A DNA stretch of 64,000 nucleotides from Escherichia coli (GCF_048403405.1 NZ_CP183129.1); one strand, 5' to 3'; counted from the first letter of the stretch, positions 44,510 to 59,494 are shown. A program made the numbers and translations. Notes: generated by a model not told the origin, from the letters alone.

Positions 44510-45493
44510 GTGTTAAAAAAATGTCTTCCCCTGCTGTTGCTGTGCACAGCGCCCGTTTTCGCTAAACCCGTTCTGACTGTTTATACCTACGATTCCTTCG
44601 CCGCCGACTGGGGGCCTGGTCCAAAGATCAAAAAAGCTTTTGAAGCCGACTGTAACTGCGAACTGAAACTGGTGGCGCTGGAAGATGGCGTTTCGCTGCT
44701 CAACCGTCTGCGGATGGAAGGCAAAAACAGTAAAGCCGATGTGGTGCTGGGGCTGGATAACAACCTGTTAGATGCCGCCAGTAAAACCGGACTATTTGCC
44801 AAAAGCGGTGTGGCAGCGGATGCCGTTAACGTTCCCGGCGGCTGGAATAATGACACTTTCGTCCCGTTTGATTACGGCTATTTCGCCTTCGTCTATGACA
44901 AGAACAAACTGAAAAATCCGCCGCAAAGCCTGAAAGAGCTGGTTGAAAGCGATCAAAACTGGCGGGTGATTTATCAGGATCCGCGCACCAGCACGCCGGG
45001 ACTGGGTCTGCTGTTGTGGATGCAAAAAGTCTATGGCGATGACGCCCCACAAGCCTGGCAAAAACTGGCGAAGAAAACGGTCACGGTCACCAAAGGCTGG
45101 AGCGAAGCCTACGGCCTGTTTTTAAAAGGTGAAAGCGATCTGGTACTGAGTTACACCACCTCTCCGGCTTATCACATTCTCGAAGAGAAGAAAGATAACT
45201 ACGCCGCCGCGAACTTCAGCGAAGGTCACTATCTGCAGGTGGAAGTCGCCGCCCGCACCGCTGCCAGCAAGCAGCCGGAGCTGGCGCAAAAATTTCTCCA
45301 GTTTATGGTTTCTCCGGCTTTTCAGAATGCGATCCCAACCGGCAACTGGATGTATCCGGTGGCAAATGTCACGCTGCCTGCCGGGTTTGAACAATTGACC
45401 AAACCGGCAACCACGCTGGAGTTCACGCCAGCCGAAGTGGCGGCACAACGTCAGGCATGGATTAGCGAATGGCAACGCGCCGTCAGCCGTTAA
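44510..45493 (+). CDS. thiB: Thiamine ABC transporter periplasmic binding protein ThiB/TbpA (327 aa; GTG start)
   Basis: Signal peptide LKKCLPLLLLCTAPVFA; track ORF starts at upstream TTG 44498. Confidence 0.94.
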   Translation: MLKKCLPLLLLCTAPVFAKPVLTVYTYDSFAADWGPGPKIKKAFEADCNCELKLVALEDGVSLLNRLRMEGKNSKADVVLGLDNNLLDAASKTGLFAKSGVAADAVNVPGGWNNDTFVPFDYGYFAFVYDKNKLKNPPQSLKELVESDQNWRVIYQDPRTSTPGLGLLLWMQKVYGDDAPQAWQKLAKKTVTVTKGWSEAYGLFLKGESDLVLSYTTSPAYHILEEKKDNYAAANFSEGHYLQVEVAARTAASKQPELAQKFLQFMVSPAFQNAIPTGNWMYPVANVTLPAGFEQLTKPATTLEFTPAEVAAQRQAWISEWQRAVSR

Positions 45494-47079
45494 TTCCCGG
45501 CTGGTTAATTCCAGGAATAAGCGCCGCTACGCTTGTGGTGGCGGTTGCGCTGGCGGCGTTTCTCGCCCTGTGGTGGAACGCGCCGCAGGGTGACTGGTCG
45601 GCAGTCTGGCAGGACAGCTATCTGTGGCATGTGGTGCGCTTCTCCTTCTGGCAGGCGTTTCTCTCTGCGCTGCTCTCTGTCGTGCCCGCGATATTCCTTG
45701 CCCGCGCCCTCTACCGCAGGCGCTTTCCAGGACGGCTGGCGCTGTTGCGTCTGTGTGCCATGACCTTGATCCTCCCGGTGCTGGTTGCTGTTTTCGGCAT
45801 TCTTAGCGTCTATGGTCGCCAGGGCTGGCTGGCATCGCTCTGCCAATCGCTCGGTCTGGAGTGGACCTTTTCGCCCTACGGCCTGCAAGGTATTTTGCTG
45901 GCCCATGTGTTTTTTAATCTGCCGATGGCGAGCCGTTTATTACTTCAGGCACTGGAAAACATTCCCGGCGAACAACGTCAGCTTGCCGCCCAGCTTGGGA
46001 TGCGCGGCTGGCATTTTTTCCGCTTCGTCGAATGGCCGTGGTTACGGCGACAAATCCCGCCAGTTGCTGCGCTTATCTTTATGCTCTGTTTCGCCAGCTT
46101 CGCCACCGTGCTGTCGCTGGGCGGCGGTCCGCAGGCGACCACTATCGAGCTGGCTATTTATCAGGCGCTGAGTTACGACTACGATCCTGCCCGCGCGGCG
46201 ATGCTGGCGTTGATCCAGATGGTGTGTTGCCTCGGGCTAGTGCTGTTGAGTCAGCGATTGAGTAAGGCCATTGCGCCCGGCACTACGCTGCTGCAAGGCT
46301 GGCGCGACCCGGACGATCGTCTGCATAGCCGCATTTGCGACACGGTGTTAATTGTGCTGGCGCTGTTGCTGTTGCTGCCACCGTTACTGGCGGTGCTCGT
46401 CGATGGGATAAATCGCCAGTTGCCGGAAGTGCTGGCGCAGCCGGTGCTGTGGCAGGCGCTGTGGACCTCGTTGCGTATTGCGCTGGCGGCAGGCGTATTA
46501 TGCGTAGTGCTGACCATGATGCTGCTATGGAGCAGTCGCGAACTGCGGGCGCGGCAAAAAATGCTGGCGGGTCAGGCGCTGGAGATGAGCGGTATGTTGA
46601 TCCTCGCCATGCCGGGGATTGTGCTGGCAACGGGCTTCTTTTTGCTGCTCAACAACACCATTGGCCTGCCACAATCTGCTGACGGCATTGTGATTTTCAC
46701 CAATGCGTTAATGGCGATCCCTTACGCGCTGAAAGTGCTGGAAAACCCGATGCGCGATATCACCGCCCGCTACAGCATGTTATGTCAGTCGCTGGGGATT
46801 GAAGGCTGGTCGCGCTTAAAAGTGGTGGAACTGCGCGCCCTGAAACGTCCGCTGGCGCAGGCGCTGGCTTTTGCTTGTGTGCTGTCGATTGGTGATTTTG
46901 GCGTGGTGGCGTTGTTCGGTAACGATGATTTCCGCACCCTGCCGTTTTATCTCTACCAGCAAATTGGCTCCTATCGCAGCCAGGACGGTGCGGTCACCGC
47001 GTTAATTCTGCTACTGCTCTGTTTTATGCTGTTTACCGTGATTGAAAAACTACCGGGGCGAAATGTTAAAACTGACTGA
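45469..47079 (+). CDS. thiP: Thiamine ABC transporter permease ThiP (536 aa)
   Basis: Polytopic permease; overlaps thiB end by 25 nt. Confidence 0.96.
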   Translation: MATRRQPLIPGWLIPGISAATLVVAVALAAFLALWWNAPQGDWSAVWQDSYLWHVVRFSFWQAFLSALLSVVPAIFLARALYRRRFPGRLALLRLCAMTLILPVLVAVFGILSVYGRQGWLASLCQSLGLEWTFSPYGLQGILLAHVFFNLPMASRLLLQALENIPGEQRQLAAQLGMRGWHFFRFVEWPWLRRQIPPVAALIFMLCFASFATVLSLGGGPQATTIELAIYQALSYDYDPARAAMLALIQMVCCLGLVLLSQRLSKAIAPGTTLLQGWRDPDDRLHSRICDTVLIVLALLLLLPPLLAVLVDGINRQLPEVLAQPVLWQALWTSLRIALAAGVLCVVLTMMLLWSSRELRARQKMLAGQALEMSGMLILAMPGIVLATGFFLLLNNTIGLPQSADGIVIFTNALMAIPYALKVLENPMRDITARYSMLCQSLGIEGWSRLKVVELRALKRPLAQALAFACVLSIGDFGVVALFGNDDFRTLPFYLYQQIGSYRSQDGAVTALILLLLCFMLFTVIEKLPGRNVKTD

Positions 47080-47761
47080 TATCACCTGGCTTTACCACCA
47101 TTTGCCGATGCGTTTTAGCTTAACGGTGGAACGCGGCGAGCAGGTGGCGATCCTCGGGCCAAGCGGCGCGGGTAAAAGTACCCTGCTGAATTTGATCGCC
47201 GGTTTTCTGACGCCAGCCAGCGGTTCGCTGACTATCGACGGCGTTGATTACACCACGACGCCGCCGTCACGCCGTCCGGTATCGATGCTGTTTCAGGAGA
47301 ACAACCTGTTCAGTCACCTGACGGTCGCGCAGAACATCGGGCTGGGGCTTAACCCTGGATTGAAGCTGAACGCGGCGCAGCAGGAGAAAATGCACGTGAT
47401 TGCCCGTCAGATGGGGATTGATAATTTAATGGCGCGGTTACCGGGCGAGCTTTCCGGCGGTCAGCGACAGCGCGTGGCGTTAGCGCGTTGTCTGGTACGC
47501 GAACAGCCGATTTTATTGCTCGATGAACCGTTCTCTGCGCTCGATCCGGCGTTACGTCAGGAGATGCTGACGCTAGTGAGCACGAGCTGCCAACAGCAAA
47601 AAATGACGCTATTGATGGTGTCGCACAGTGTGGAAGATGCGGCGCGGATCGCCACACGCTCGGTGGTGGTCGCCGACGGGCGCATCGCCTGGCAGGGTAA
47701 GACTGAAGAATTGTTGAGCGGTAAGGCGAGTGCTTCAGCGCTGTTGGGGATTACAGGTTAA
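47063..47761 (+). CDS. thiQ: Thiamine ABC transporter ATPase ThiQ (232 aa; start at [11 protein letters not shown])
   Basis: Walker [13 protein letters not shown] signature LSGGQRQR; 17-nt overlap with thiP. Confidence 0.95.
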   Translation: MLKLTDITWLYHHLPMRFSLTVERGEQVAILGPSGAGKSTLLNLIAGFLTPASGSLTIDGVDYTTTPPSRRPVSMLFQENNLFSHLTVAQNIGLGLNPGLKLNAAQQEKMHVIARQMGIDNLMARLPGELSGGQRQRVALARCLVREQPILLLDEPFSALDPALRQEMLTLVSTSCQQQKMTLLMVSHSVEDAARIATRSVVVADGRIAWQGKTEELLSGKASASALLGITG

Positions 47762-47775
47762 AAGCACACGGACAG

Positions 47776-47814
47776 CCCCCTCGCCCCTCCGGGGAGAGGG
47801 TTAGGGTGAGGGGA
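47776..47814. repeat. GC-rich intergenic repeat (boxC-like), copy 1
   Basis: cccctcgcccctccggggagagggttagggtgagggga; near-identical copy at 53225..53265. Confidence 0.5.
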
Positions 47815-47842
47815 ACAAACCAGCGCCGATGCAAACTATCCC

Positions 47843-48607
47843 CTAAACCCCAACCACTTTACGCAAAATATCGATATACACCGGCATCAACGGGTGGCGA
47901 ATTAACACCACCAGCGCCACCACGCCGATGGCAGAAATCAACGGCGTCAACCACAACAAACGACCGTGCGACAAATAATGACTTAAACGATCGGTTGCTT
48001 TGCCGCTGCGCCATAACCGCCAGCACAGCCAGCCCCCAACCCACAAAAATACCGCCGTCGCCAGCAGCAACCATTTAAACTCACCACTCTGCATCCCGGC
48101 AGGAATATCGATCGCCGCGCCCGCCAGAATCCCTGGCAGGAAGTAAAACGGCGGCCACAGCAGGCAGCCTATAATATTCGGCGTAATGAATTTTGCCACC
48201 GGGAGATCCAGCATTCCCGCCACCATTGGCACCAGCGGACGCGTCGGGCCAACAAAGCGACCGACCAGAATGGTGAACATGCTGTGTTGATGCAACGCAT
48301 GTTCAGTTTTATCGAGTAATGCTTTGTTTTTCTTCAGAAATGACCAGCGATGCAATGGCTTTTTAAAACGCCAGCCCAGCCAGAAAGAGATCCAGTCGCC
48401 CAGCAGGCAACCGACGATCCCTGCCAGCCAGGCGTGCCAGAAACTTAACTCGCCACTGCCAATCAGCGCCCCCAGTCCCGCCATTAGCACCGTACCGGGT
48501 AAAATCAAACCGACCAGCGCCAGCGACTCCAGAAAGGCCACCAACACCACCGCCATCAATGAATACACGGTGGATTGGGTAATAAAGTGTTCCAGCAATG
48601 CTTGCAT
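47843..48607 (-). CDS. yabI: DedA-family inner membrane protein YabI (254 aa)
   Basis: ORF track; conserved position between thiQ and araC. Confidence 0.93.
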   Translation of the reverse strand: MQALLEHFITQSTVYSLMAVVLVAFLESLALVGLILPGTVLMAGLGALIGSGELSFWHAWLAGIVGCLLGDWISFWLGWRFKKPLHRWSFLKKNKALLDKTEHALHQHSMFTILVGRFVGPTRPLVPMVAGMLDLPVAKFITPNIIGCLLWPPFYFLPGILAGAAIDIPAGMQSGEFKWLLLATAVFLWVGGWLCWRLWRSGKATDRLSHYLSHGRLLWLTPLISAIGVVALVVLIRHPLMPVYIDILRKVVGV

Positions 48608-48692
48608 AATGTGCCTGTCAAATGGACGAAGCAGGGATTCTGCAAACCCTATGCTACTCCGTCAAGCCGTCAATTGTCTGATTCGTTACCAA

Positions 48693-49571
48693 TTATGACA
48701 ACTTGACGGCTACATCATTCACTTTTTCTTCACAACCGGCACGGAATTCACTCGGGCTGGCCCCGGTGCATTTTTTAAATACTCGCGAGAAATAGAGTTG
48801 ATCGTCAAAACCAACATTGCGACCGACGGTAGCGATAGGCATCCGGGTGGTGCTCAAAAGCAGCTTCGCCTGACTAATGCGTTGGTCCTCGCGCCAGCTT
48901 AAGACGCTAATTCCTAACTGCTGGCGGAACAGATGCGACAGACGCGACGGCGACAGGCAAACATGCTGTGCGACGCTGGCGATATCAAAATTGCTGTCTG
49001 CCAGGTGATCGCTGATGTACTGACAAGCCTCGCGTACCCGATTATCCATCGGTGGATGGAGCGACTCGTTAATTGCTTCCATGCGCCGCAGTAACAATTG
49101 CTCAAGCAGATTTATCGCCAGCAGCTCCGAATAGCGCCCTTCCCCTTGCCCGGCGTTAATGATTTGCCCAAACAGGTCGCTGAAATGCGGCTGGTGCGCT
49201 TCATCCGGGCGAAAGAAACCCGTATTGGCAAATATTGACGGCCAGTTAAGCCATTCATGCCAGTAGGCGCGCGGACGAAAGTAAACCCACTGGTGATACC
49301 ATTCGCGAGCCTCCGGATGGCGACCGTAGTGATGAATCTCTCCTGGCGGGAACAGCAAAATATCACCCGGTCGGCAGACAAATTCTCGTCCCTGATTTTT
49401 CACCACCCCCTGGCCGCGTATGGTGAGATTGAGAATATAACCCTTCATTCCCAGTGGTCGGTCGATAAAAAAATCGAGATAACCGTTGGCCTCAATCGGC
49501 GTTAAACCCGCCACCAGATGGGCGTTAAACGAGTATCCCGGCAGCAGGGGATCATTTTGCGCTTCAGCCAT
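48693..49571 (-). CDS. araC: Arabinose operon regulator AraC (292 aa; start at [15 protein letters not shown])
   Basis: Track ORF 48693..49622 has an N-terminal extension; AraC family HTH at C-terminus. Confidence 0.96.
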
Positions 49572-51610
<2,039 letters not shown>

Positions 51611-51620
51611 GGACACGACA

Positions 51621-53123
51621 ATGACGATTTTTGATAATTATGAAGTGTGGTTTGTAATTGGCAGCCAGCATCTGTATGGCCCGGAAACCCTGCGTCAGGT
51701 CACCCAACATGCCGAGCACGTCGTTAATGCGCTGAATACGGAAGCGAAACTGCCCTGCAAACTGGTGCTGAAACCGCTGGGCACCACGCCGGATGAAATC
51801 ACCGCTATTTGCCGTGACGCGAATTACGACGATCGTTGCGCCGGCCTGGTAGTGTGGCTACACACTTTCTCCCCGGCCAAAATGTGGATCAACGGCCTGA
51901 CCATGCTCAACAAACCGTTGCTGCAATTCCACACCCAGTTCAACGCGGCGCTGCCGTGGGATAGCATCGATATGGACTTTATGAACCTGAACCAGACTGC
52001 ACATGGCGGTCGCGAGTTCGGCTTCATTGGCGCGCGTATGCGTCAGCAACATGCCGTGGTTACCGGTCACTGGCAGGATAAACAAGCCCATGAGCGTATC
52101 GGCTCCTGGATGCGTCAGGCGGTATCTAAACAGGATACCCGTCATCTGAAAGTCTGCCGTTTTGGCGATAACATGCGTGAAGTAGCGGTCACCGATGGTG
52201 ATAAAGTTGCCGCACAGATCAAGTTCGGTTTCTCCGTCAATACCTGGGCGGTTGGCGATCTGGTGCAGGTGGTGAACTCCATCAGCGATGGCGATGTTAA
52301 CGCGCTGGTCGATGAGTATGAAAGCAGCTACACCATGACGCCTGCCACACAAATCCACGGCGAAAAACGCCAGAACGTGCTGGAAGCGGCGCGTATTGAG
52401 CTGGGGATGAAGCGTTTCCTGGAACAAGGTGGCTTCCACGCGTTCACCACCACCTTTGAAGATTTGCACGGTCTGAAACAGCTTCCTGGTCTGGCCGTAC
52501 AGCGTCTGATGCAGCAGGGTTACGGCTTTGCGGGCGAAGGCGACTGGAAAACTGCCGCCCTGCTTCGCATCATGAAGGTGATGTCAACCGGTCTGCAGGG
52601 CGGCACCTCCTTTATGGAGGACTACACCTACCACTTCGAGAAAGGTAATGACCTGGTGCTCGGCTCCCATATGCTGGAAGTCTGTCCGTCGATCGCTGTG
52701 GAAGAGAAACCGATCCTCGACGTTCAGCACCTCGGTATTGGCGGTAAAGATGATCCAGCGCGCCTGATCTTCAATACCCAAACCGGTCCAGCGATTGTCG
52801 CCAGCTTGATTGATCTCGGCGATCGTTATCGTCTGCTGGTTAACTGCATCGACACGGTGAAAACACCGCACTCCCTGCCGAAACTGCCGGTGGCGAATGC
52901 GCTGTGGAAAGCGCAACCGGATCTGCCAACTGCTTCCGAAGCGTGGATCCTCGCTGGTGGCGCGCACCATACCGTCTTCAGCCATGCGCTGAACCTCAAC
53001 GATATGCGCCAGTTCGCCGAGATGCACGACATTGAAATCACGGTGATTGATAACGACACCCGCCTGCCAGCGTTTAAAGACGCGCTGCGCTGGAACGAAG
53101 TGTATTACGGATTTCGTCGCTAA
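51621..53123 (+). CDS. araA: L-arabinose isomerase AraA (500 aa)
   Basis: ORF track; full length. Confidence 0.98.
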   Translation: MTIFDNYEVWFVIGSQHLYGPETLRQVTQHAEHVVNALNTEAKLPCKLVLKPLGTTPDEITAICRDANYDDRCAGLVVWLHTFSPAKMWINGLTMLNKPLLQFHTQFNAALPWDSIDMDFMNLNQTAHGGREFGFIGARMRQQHAVVTGHWQDKQAHERIGSWMRQAVSKQDTRHLKVCRFGDNMREVAVTDGDKVAAQIKFGFSVNTWAVGDLVQVVNSISDGDVNALVDEYESSYTMTPATQIHGEKRQNVLEAARIELGMKRFLEQGGFHAFTTTFEDLHGLKQLPGLAVQRLMQQGYGFAGEGDWKTAALLRIMKVMSTGLQGGTSFMEDYTYHFEKGNDLVLGSHMLEVCPSIAVEEKPILDVQHLGIGGKDDPARLIFNTQTGPAIVASLIDLGDRYRLLVNCIDTVKTPHSLPKLPVANALWKAQPDLPTASEAWILAGGAHHTVFSHALNLNDMRQFAEMHDIEITVIDNDTRLPAFKDALRWNEVYYGFRR

Positions 53124-53146
53124 GTAGCTGCATCAGGTGTGTAACG

Positions 53147-53227
53147 CCTGATGCGACGCTGGCGCGTCTTATCAGGCCTACACGCTGTGATTTTGTAGGC
53201 CGGATAAGCAAAGCGCATCCGGCATTG
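53147..53227. repeat. BIME/REP palindromic units between araA and araD
   Basis: gcctgatgcgacgctggcgcgtcttatcaggcctac and gtaggccggataagcaaagcgcatccggc. Confidence 0.8.
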
Positions 53228-53265
53228 TTTTCCCCCTCGCCCCTTTGGGGAGAGGGCCGGGGTGA
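53225..53265. repeat. GC-rich intergenic repeat (boxC-like), copy 2
   Basis: ccccctcgcccctttggggagagggccggggtgaggggaaa; paralogous to 47776..47814. Confidence 0.5.
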
Positions 53266-53291
53266 GGGGAAACGACCTCTCAGGAGTCAAC

Positions 53292-53987
53292 ATGTTAGAA
53301 GATCTCAAACGCCAGGTATTAGAAGCCAATTTGGCGCTGCCAAAACATAACCTGGTCACGCTCACATGGGGCAACGTCAGCGCCGTTGATCGCGAGCGCG
53401 GCGTCTTTGTGATCAAACCTTCCGGCGTCGATTACAACGTCATGACCGCTGACGATATGGTCGTGGTCAGCATCGAAACCGGTGAAGTGGTTGAAGGAAC
53501 GAAAAAGCCCTCCTCCGACACGCCAACTCATCGGCTGCTCTATCAGGCATTCCCGTCCATTGGCGGCATTGTGCATACGCACTCCCGCCACGCCACCATC
53601 TGGGCGCAGGCGGGCCAGTCAATTCCGGCAACCGGTACCACCCACGCCGACTATTTCTACGGCACCATTCCCTGCACCCGCAAAATGACCGACGCAGAAA
53701 TCAACGGTGAATATGAGTGGGAAACCGGTAACGTCATCGTAGAAACCTTCGAAAAACAGGGTATCGATGCGGCGCAAATGCCCGGCGTCCTGGTCCATTC
53801 TCACGGCCCATTTGCATGGGGCAAAAATGCCGAAGATGCGGTGCATAACGCCATCGTGCTGGAAGAGGTCGCTTATATGGGGATATTCTGCCGTCAGTTA
53901 GCGCCGCAGTTACCGGATATGCAGCAAACGCTGCTGAATAAACACTATCTGCGTAAGCATGGCGCGAAGGCATATTACGGGCAGTAA
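53292..53987 (+). CDS. araD: L-ribulose-5-phosphate 4-epimerase AraD (231 aa; start at [11 protein letters not shown])
   Basis: Track ORF 53262..53987 has an N-terminal extension; class II aldolase fold. Confidence 0.96.
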   Translation: MLEDLKRQVLEANLALPKHNLVTLTWGNVSAVDRERGVFVIKPSGVDYNVMTADDMVVVSIETGEVVEGTKKPSSDTPTHRLLYQAFPSIGGIVHTHSRHATIWAQAGQSIPATGTTHADYFYGTIPCTRKMTDAEINGEYEWETGNVIVETFEKQGIDAAQMPGVLVHSHGPFAWGKNAEDAVHNAIVLEEVAYMGIFCRQLAPQLPDMQQTLLNKHYLRKHGAKAYYGQ

Positions 53988-53990
53988 TGA

Positions 53991-54006
53991 CTGTATAAAA
54001 CCACAG
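53991..54006. promoter_or_regulatory. LexA (SOS) box upstream of polB
   Basis: CTGTATAAAACCACAG fits CTGT-N8-ACAG, about 55 nt upstream of the polB GTG. Confidence 0.8.
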
Positions 54007-54020
54007 CCAATCAAACGAAA

Positions 54021-54048
54021 CCAGGCTATAATCAAGCCTGGTTTTTTA
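54021..54048 (+). terminator. Hairpin plus T-run after araD (araBAD terminator), with a TATAAT in its loop that may be the polB -10
   Basis: ccaggct-ataatc-aagcctgg followed by tttttt. Confidence 0.55.
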
Positions 54049-54061
54049 TTGGATTTTCAAC

Positions 54062-56413
54062 GTGGCGCAGGCAGGTTTTATCTTAACCCGACACTGGCGG
54101 GACACCCCGCAAGGGACAGAAGTCTCCTTCTGGCTGGCGACGGACAACGGGCCGTTGCAGGTTACGCTTGCGCCGCAAGAGTCCGTGGCCTTTATTCCCG
54201 CCGATCAGGTTCCCCGCGCTCAGCATATTTTGCAGGGTGAACAAGGCTTTCGCTTGACGCCGCTGGCGTTAAAAGATTTTCACCGCCAACCGGTGTATGG
54301 CCTTTACTGTCGCGCCCATCGCCAGTTGATGAATTACGAAAAGCGCCTGCGTGAAGGTGGCGTTACCGTCTACGAGGCCGATGTGCGCCCGCCAGAACGC
54401 TATCTGATGGAGCGGTTTATCACCTCTCCGGTGTGGGTCGAGGGTGATATGCGCAATGGCGCTATCGTTAATGCCCGTCTGAAACCGCATCCCGACTACC
54501 GTCCGCCGCTCAAGTGGGTTTCTATTGATATTGAAACCACCCGCCACGGTGAGCTGTACTGCATCGGCCTGGAAGGTTGCGGGCAGCGCATCGTTTATAT
54601 GCTGGGGCCAGAGAATGGCGACGCCTCCGCGCTCGATTTTGAACTGGAATACGTCGCCAGTCGCCCGCAGCTACTGGAAAAACTCAACGCCTGGTTTGCG
54701 ACTCACTATCCCGATGTGATCATCGGCTGGAACGTGGTGCAATTCGATCTACGAATGCTGCAAAAACATGCCGAGCGTTACCGTATTCCGCTGCGTCTTG
54801 GACGTGATAACAGCGAGCTGGAGTGGCGCGAGCACGGCTTTAAAAACGGCGTCTTTTTTGCCCAGGCCAAAGGGCGACTGATTATCGACGGTATCGAGGC
54901 GCTGAAATCCGCGTTCTGGAATTTCTCTTCATTCTCGCTGGAAACCGTCGCTCAGGAGTTATTAGGCGAAGGAAAATCTATCGATAACCCGTGGGATCGG
55001 ATGGACGAAATTGACCGCCGTTTCGCCGAAGATAAACCTGCGCTGGCAACTTATAACCTGAAAGATTGCGAGCTGGTGACGCAGATCTTCCACAAAACTG
55101 AAATCATGCCGTTTTTACTCGAACGAGCGACGGTGAACGGCCTGCCGGTGGATCGGCACGGCGGTTCGGTGGCAGCGTTTGGTCATCTCTATTTTCCCCG
55201 AATGCATCGCGCTGGTTATGTCGCGCCTAATCTCGGCGAAGTGCCGCCACACGCCAGCCCTGGCGGCTATGTGATGGATTCGCGGCCAGGGCTTTATGAT
55301 TCGGTGCTGGTGCTGGACTACAAAAGCCTGTACCCGTCGATCATCCGCACCTTTCTGATTGATCCCGTCGGACTGGTGGAAGGCATGGCGCAGCCTGATC
55401 CAGAGCATAGCACCGAAGGTTTTCTCGATGCCTGGTTCTCGCGGGAGAAACATTGCCTGCCGGAGATTGTGACTAACATCTGGCACGGGCGCGATGAAGC
55501 CAAACGTCAGGGTAATAAGCCGCTTTCGCAGGCGCTGAAGATCATTATGAATGCCTTTTATGGCGTGCTTGGCACCACCGCCTGCCGCTTCTTCGATCCG
55601 CGCCTGGCGTCGTCGATCACCATGCGTGGTCATCAGATCATGCGGCAAACCAAAGCGTTGATTGAAGCGCAGGGCTACGACGTGATCTACGGCGATACCG
55701 ACTCAACGTTTGTCTGGTTGAAAGGCGCACATTCGGAAGAAGAAGCGGCGAAAATCGGTCGTGCACTGGTGCAGCACGTTAACGCCTGGTGGGCAGAAAC
55801 GCTGCAAAAACAACGACTGACCAGCGCACTGGAACTGGAGTATGAAACCCATTTCTGCCGTTTTCTGATGCCAACCATTCGCGGAGCCGATACCGGTAGT
55901 AAAAAGCGTTATGCCGGGCTGATTCAGGAGGGCGATAAGCAGCGGATGGTGTTTAAAGGGCTGGAAACCGTACGCACCGACTGGACGCCGCTGGCCCAGC
56001 AGTTTCAGCAGGAGCTTTACCTGCGTATCTTCCGCAACGAGCCATATCAGGAGTACGTCCGCGAAACCATCGACAAACTGATGGCGGGTGAACTGGATGC
56101 GCGGCTGGTTTACCGTAAACGCCTTCGCCGTCCGCTGAGCGAATATCAGCGTAATGTTCCGCCTCATGTACGCGCCGCTCGCCTTGCCGATGAAGAAAAC
56201 CAAAAGCGCGGTCGCCCCTTGCAATATCAGAACCGCGGCTCCATTAAGTACGTATGGACCACCAACGGCCCGGAGCCGCTGGACTACCAACGTTCACCAC
56301 TGGATTACGAACACTATCTGACCCGCCAGCTACAACCCGTGGCGGAGGGAATACTCCCTTTTATTGAGGATAATTTTGCTACACTTATGACCGGGCAACT
56401 TGGGCTATTTTGA
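54062..56413 (+). CDS. polB: DNA polymerase II PolB (783 aa, GTG start)
   Basis: B-family polymerase motifs (DIETT exo, YGDTDS pol); full length. Confidence 0.97.
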   Translation: MAQAGFILTRHWRDTPQGTEVSFWLATDNGPLQVTLAPQESVAFIPADQVPRAQHILQGEQGFRLTPLALKDFHRQPVYGLYCRAHRQLMNYEKRLREGGVTVYEADVRPPERYLMERFITSPVWVEGDMRNGAIVNARLKPHPDYRPPLKWVSIDIETTRHGELYCIGLEGCGQRIVYMLGPENGDASALDFELEYVASRPQLLEKLNAWFATHYPDVIIGWNVVQFDLRMLQKHAERYRIPLRLGRDNSELEWREHGFKNGVFFAQAKGRLIIDGIEALKSAFWNFSSFSLETVAQELLGEGKSIDNPWDRMDEIDRRFAEDKPALATYNLKDCELVTQIFHKTEIMPFLLERATVNGLPVDRHGGSVAAFGHLYFPRMHRAGYVAPNLGEVPPHASPGGYVMDSRPGLYDSVLVLDYKSLYPSIIRTFLIDPVGLVEGMAQPDPEHSTEGFLDAWFSREKHCLPEIVTNIWHGRDEAKRQGNKPLSQALKIIMNAFYGVLGTTACRFFDPRLASSITMRGHQIMRQTKALIEAQGYDVIYGDTDSTFVWLKGAHSEEEAAKIGRALVQHVNAWWAETLQKQRLTSALELEYETHFCRFLMPTIRGADTGSKKRYAGLIQEGDKQRMVFKGLETVRTDWTPLAQQFQQELYLRIFRNEPYQEYVRETIDKLMAGELDARLVYRKRLRRPLSEYQRNVPPHVRAARLADEENQKRGRPLQYQNRGSIKYVWTTNGPEPLDYQRSPLDYEHYLTRQLQPVAEGILPFIEDNFATLMTGQLGLF

Positions 56414-56576
56414 GCAAAAAAAGAGTTCGCCAGATACCATTTTGATGCGTGACGAATGCTTTGCCATCCAGTACCATAGCGCCCTTTCCATTCCTGGACC
56501 TGAATAACACCACTACCTCATAAGCACGGTAGCGGGTGGTTATTGCCTGCAATTAAAGATATAGAGCCGAACACAT

Positions 56577-59483
56577 ATGCCTTTTACACTTGGTCAACGC
56601 TGGATCAGCGATACAGAAAGCGAATTGGGACTTGGAACCGTTGTCGCGGTGGATGCGCGAACTGTCACTTTACTTTTCCCATCTACTGGTGAAAACCGTC
56701 TGTACGCACGCAGTGATTCCCCCGTGACCCGCGTGATGTTCAACCCTGGTGATACCATTACCAGCCATGATGGCTGGCAGATGCAAGTCGAAGAAGTAAA
56801 AGAAGAAAATGGCTTGCTGACCTATATCGGTACTCGCCTGGATACTGAAGAGTCCGGCGTAGCCCTGCGTGAAGTTTTCCTTGATAGCAAACTGGTGTTC
56901 AGCAAACCGCAGGACCGTCTGTTTGCCGGGCAGATTGACCGTATGGACCGCTTTGCGCTGCGTTATCGCGCGCGTAAGTATTCCAGCGAACAGTTCCGTA
57001 TGCCGTACAGCGGCCTGCGCGGTCAGCGTACCAGCCTGATTCCGCACCAGCTCAACATCGCTCATGATGTTGGCCGCCGCCACGCGCCGCGCGTCCTGCT
57101 GGCTGACGAAGTGGGTTTAGGGAAAACCATTGAAGCCGGGATGATTCTGCATCAGCAACTGCTCTCTGGCGCTGCTGAACGTGTGCTGATTATCGTCCCG
57201 GAAACCTTACAGCATCAGTGGCTGGTAGAAATGCTGCGCCGTTTCAACCTGCGCTTTGCTCTGTTTGATGATGAGCGTTATGCCGAAGCTCAGCATGATG
57301 CTTACAACCCGTTCGACACCGAACAGCTGGTGATTTGCTCGCTGGATTTTGCCCGTCGTAGCAAACAGCGTCTGGAACATCTCTGTGAAGCCGAATGGGA
57401 TCTGCTGGTGGTCGATGAAGCCCATCACCTGGTGTGGAGCGAAGATGCGCCGAGCCGCGAATATCAGGCCATTGAACAACTGGCAGAGCACGTGCCCGGC
57501 GTTCTGCTGCTGACCGCAACCCCGGAACAACTGGGGATGGAAAGCCACTTCGCCCGTCTGCGTCTGCTGGACCCGAACCGTTTCCACGATTTCGCGCAAT
57601 TCGTTGAAGAGCAGAAAAATTATCGTCCGGTTGCGGACGCCGTTGCCATGCTGCTGGCAGGTAACAAACTGAGCAATGACGAACTGAACATGCTTGGCGA
57701 GATGATCGGCGAGCAGGATATCGAGCCGCTGTTACAAGCAGCAAACAGCGACAGCGAAGATGCCCAGAGCGCCCGTCAGGAGCTGGTTTCGATGCTGATG
57801 GATCGCCACGGCACCAGCCGCGTGCTGTTCCGTAACACCCGTAACGGTGTGAAAGGCTTCCCGAAACGCGAGCTGCACACCATTAAGCTGCCGCTGCCGA
57901 CGCAGTATCAGACGGCTATTAAAGTCTCCGGCATTATGGGCGCACGCAAAAGTGCGGAAGATCGCGCTCGCGATATGCTCTACCCGGAGCGTATTTATCA
58001 GGAATTTGAAGGTGATAACGCCACCTGGTGGAACTTCGATCCGCGCGTTGAGTGGCTGATGGGCTACCTGACCAGCCATCGCTCTCAGAAAGTGCTGGTG
58101 ATCTGCGCTAAAGCTGCCACTGCGCTGCAACTGGAGCAAGTACTGCGCGAACGTGAAGGTATCCGCGCCGCGGTGTTCCACGAAGGCATGTCGATTATTG
58201 AACGTGACCGCGCTGCCGCCTGGTTTGCTGAAGAAGACACCGGCGCACAGGTACTGCTGTGCTCGGAAATCGGTTCTGAAGGACGTAACTTCCAGTTCGC
58301 CAGCCACATGGTAATGTTTGACCTGCCATTCAACCCGGATCTGCTGGAGCAGCGTATTGGGCGTCTGGATCGTATCGGTCAGGCGCACGATATTCAGATC
58401 CATGTGCCTTATCTGGAGAAAACCGCTCAGTCGGTGCTGGTGCGCTGGTATCACGAAGGTCTGGATGCATTCGAACACACCTGCCCGACCGGACGCACTA
58501 TCTACGATAGCGTATACAACGATCTGATTAACTATCTGGCTTCACCGGATGAGACCGAAGGCTTTGACGATCTGATCAAAAACTGCCGCGAGCAACATGA
58601 AGCGCTGAAAGCACAGCTGGAACAAGGTCGTGACCGCCTGCTGGAAATCCATTCCAACGGTGGCGAAAAAGCCCAGGCACTGGCAGAAAGCATTGAAGAG
58701 CAGGATGACGATACCAACCTGATCGCCTTCGCCATGAACCTGTTCGATATTATCGGTATCAATCAGGACGATCGCGGCGACAACATGATCGTACTGACGC
58801 CGTCCGATCATATGCTGGTGCCGGACTTCCCTGGCTTGTCGGAAGATGGCATCACCATCACCTTCGACCGTGAAGTGGCGCTGGCGCGTGAAGATGCGCA
58901 GTTTATTACCTGGGAGCATCCGCTGATCCGCAACGGTCTGGATCTGATCCTTTCTGGCGACACCGGTAGCAGCACGATTTCACTGTTGAAAAACAAAGCG
59001 TTGCCGGTAGGTACGCTGTTGGTGGAACTGATTTACGTGGTTGAAGCCCAGGCTCCGAAGCAGTTGCAGCTCAACCGCTTCCTGCCGCCGACACCGGTAC
59101 GTATGCTGCTGGATAAAAACGGCAACAACCTGGCGGCGCAGGTGGAGTTTGAAACCTTTAACCGTCAGCTTAACGCGGTTAACCGTCACACCGGCAGCAA
59201 ACTGGTTAACGCCGTGCAGCAGGATGTTCACGCGATCCTTCAGTTGGGTGAAGCGCAGATCGAGAAATCTGCCCGTGCACTGATTGATGCCGCACGTAAC
59301 GAAGCCGACGAAAAACTGTCTGCCGAGCTGTCTCGTCTGGAAGCTCTGCGTGCAGTGAACCCGAACATTCGTGACGACGAACTGACCGCCATTGAGAGCA
59401 ACCGTCAGCAGGTAATGGAAAGCCTGGATCAGGCAGGCTGGCGTCTGGATGCCCTGCGTTTGATCGTTGTAACGCATCAGTAA
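56577..59483 (+). CDS. rapA: RNA polymerase-associated Swi2/Snf2 ATPase RapA/HepA (968 aa)
   Basis: Helicase motifs [13 protein letters not shown]; full length. Confidence 0.98.
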   Translation: MPFTLGQRWISDTESELGLGTVVAVDARTVTLLFPSTGENRLYARSDSPVTRVMFNPGDTITSHDGWQMQVEEVKEENGLLTYIGTRLDTEESGVALREVFLDSKLVFSKPQDRLFAGQIDRMDRFALRYRARKYSSEQFRMPYSGLRGQRTSLIPHQLNIAHDVGRRHAPRVLLADEVGLGKTIEAGMILHQQLLSGAAERVLIIVPETLQHQWLVEMLRRFNLRFALFDDERYAEAQHDAYNPFDTEQLVICSLDFARRSKQRLEHLCEAEWDLLVVDEAHHLVWSEDAPSREYQAIEQLAEHVPGVLLLTATPEQLGMESHFARLRLLDPNRFHDFAQFVEEQKNYRPVADAVAMLLAGNKLSNDELNMLGEMIGEQDIEPLLQAANSDSEDAQSARQELVSMLMDRHGTSRVLFRNTRNGVKGFPKRELHTIKLPLPTQYQTAIKVSGIMGARKSAEDRARDMLYPERIYQEFEGDNATWWNFDPRVEWLMGYLTSHRSQKVLVICAKAATALQLEQVLREREGIRAAVFHEGMSIIERDRAAAWFAEEDTGAQVLLCSEIGSEGRNFQFASHMVMFDLPFNPDLLEQRIGRLDRIGQAHDIQIHVPYLEKTAQSVLVRWYHEGLDAFEHTCPTGRTIYDSVYNDLINYLASPDETEGFDDLIKNCREQHEALKAQLEQGRDRLLEIHSNGGEKAQALAESIEEQDDDTNLIAFAMNLFDIIGINQDDRGDNMIVLTPSDHMLVPDFPGLSEDGITITFDREVALAREDAQFITWEHPLIRNGLDLILSGDTGSSTISLLKNKALPVGTLLVELIYVVEAQAPKQLQLNRFLPPTPVRMLLDKNGNNLAAQVEFETFNRQLNAVNRHTGSKLVNAVQQDVHAILQLGEAQIEKSARALIDAARNEADEKLSAELSRLEALRAVNPNIRDDELTAIESNRQQVMESLDQAGWRLDALRLIVVTHQ

Positions 59484-59494
59484 CGGAGCCGAAA

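Noticed and set aside
57732-58478. 248-aa minus-strand ORF, plus several other 130-190 aa minus-strand ORFs across rapA and polB
   Set aside because: All antisense to full-length conserved genes (rapA, polB); no independent support.
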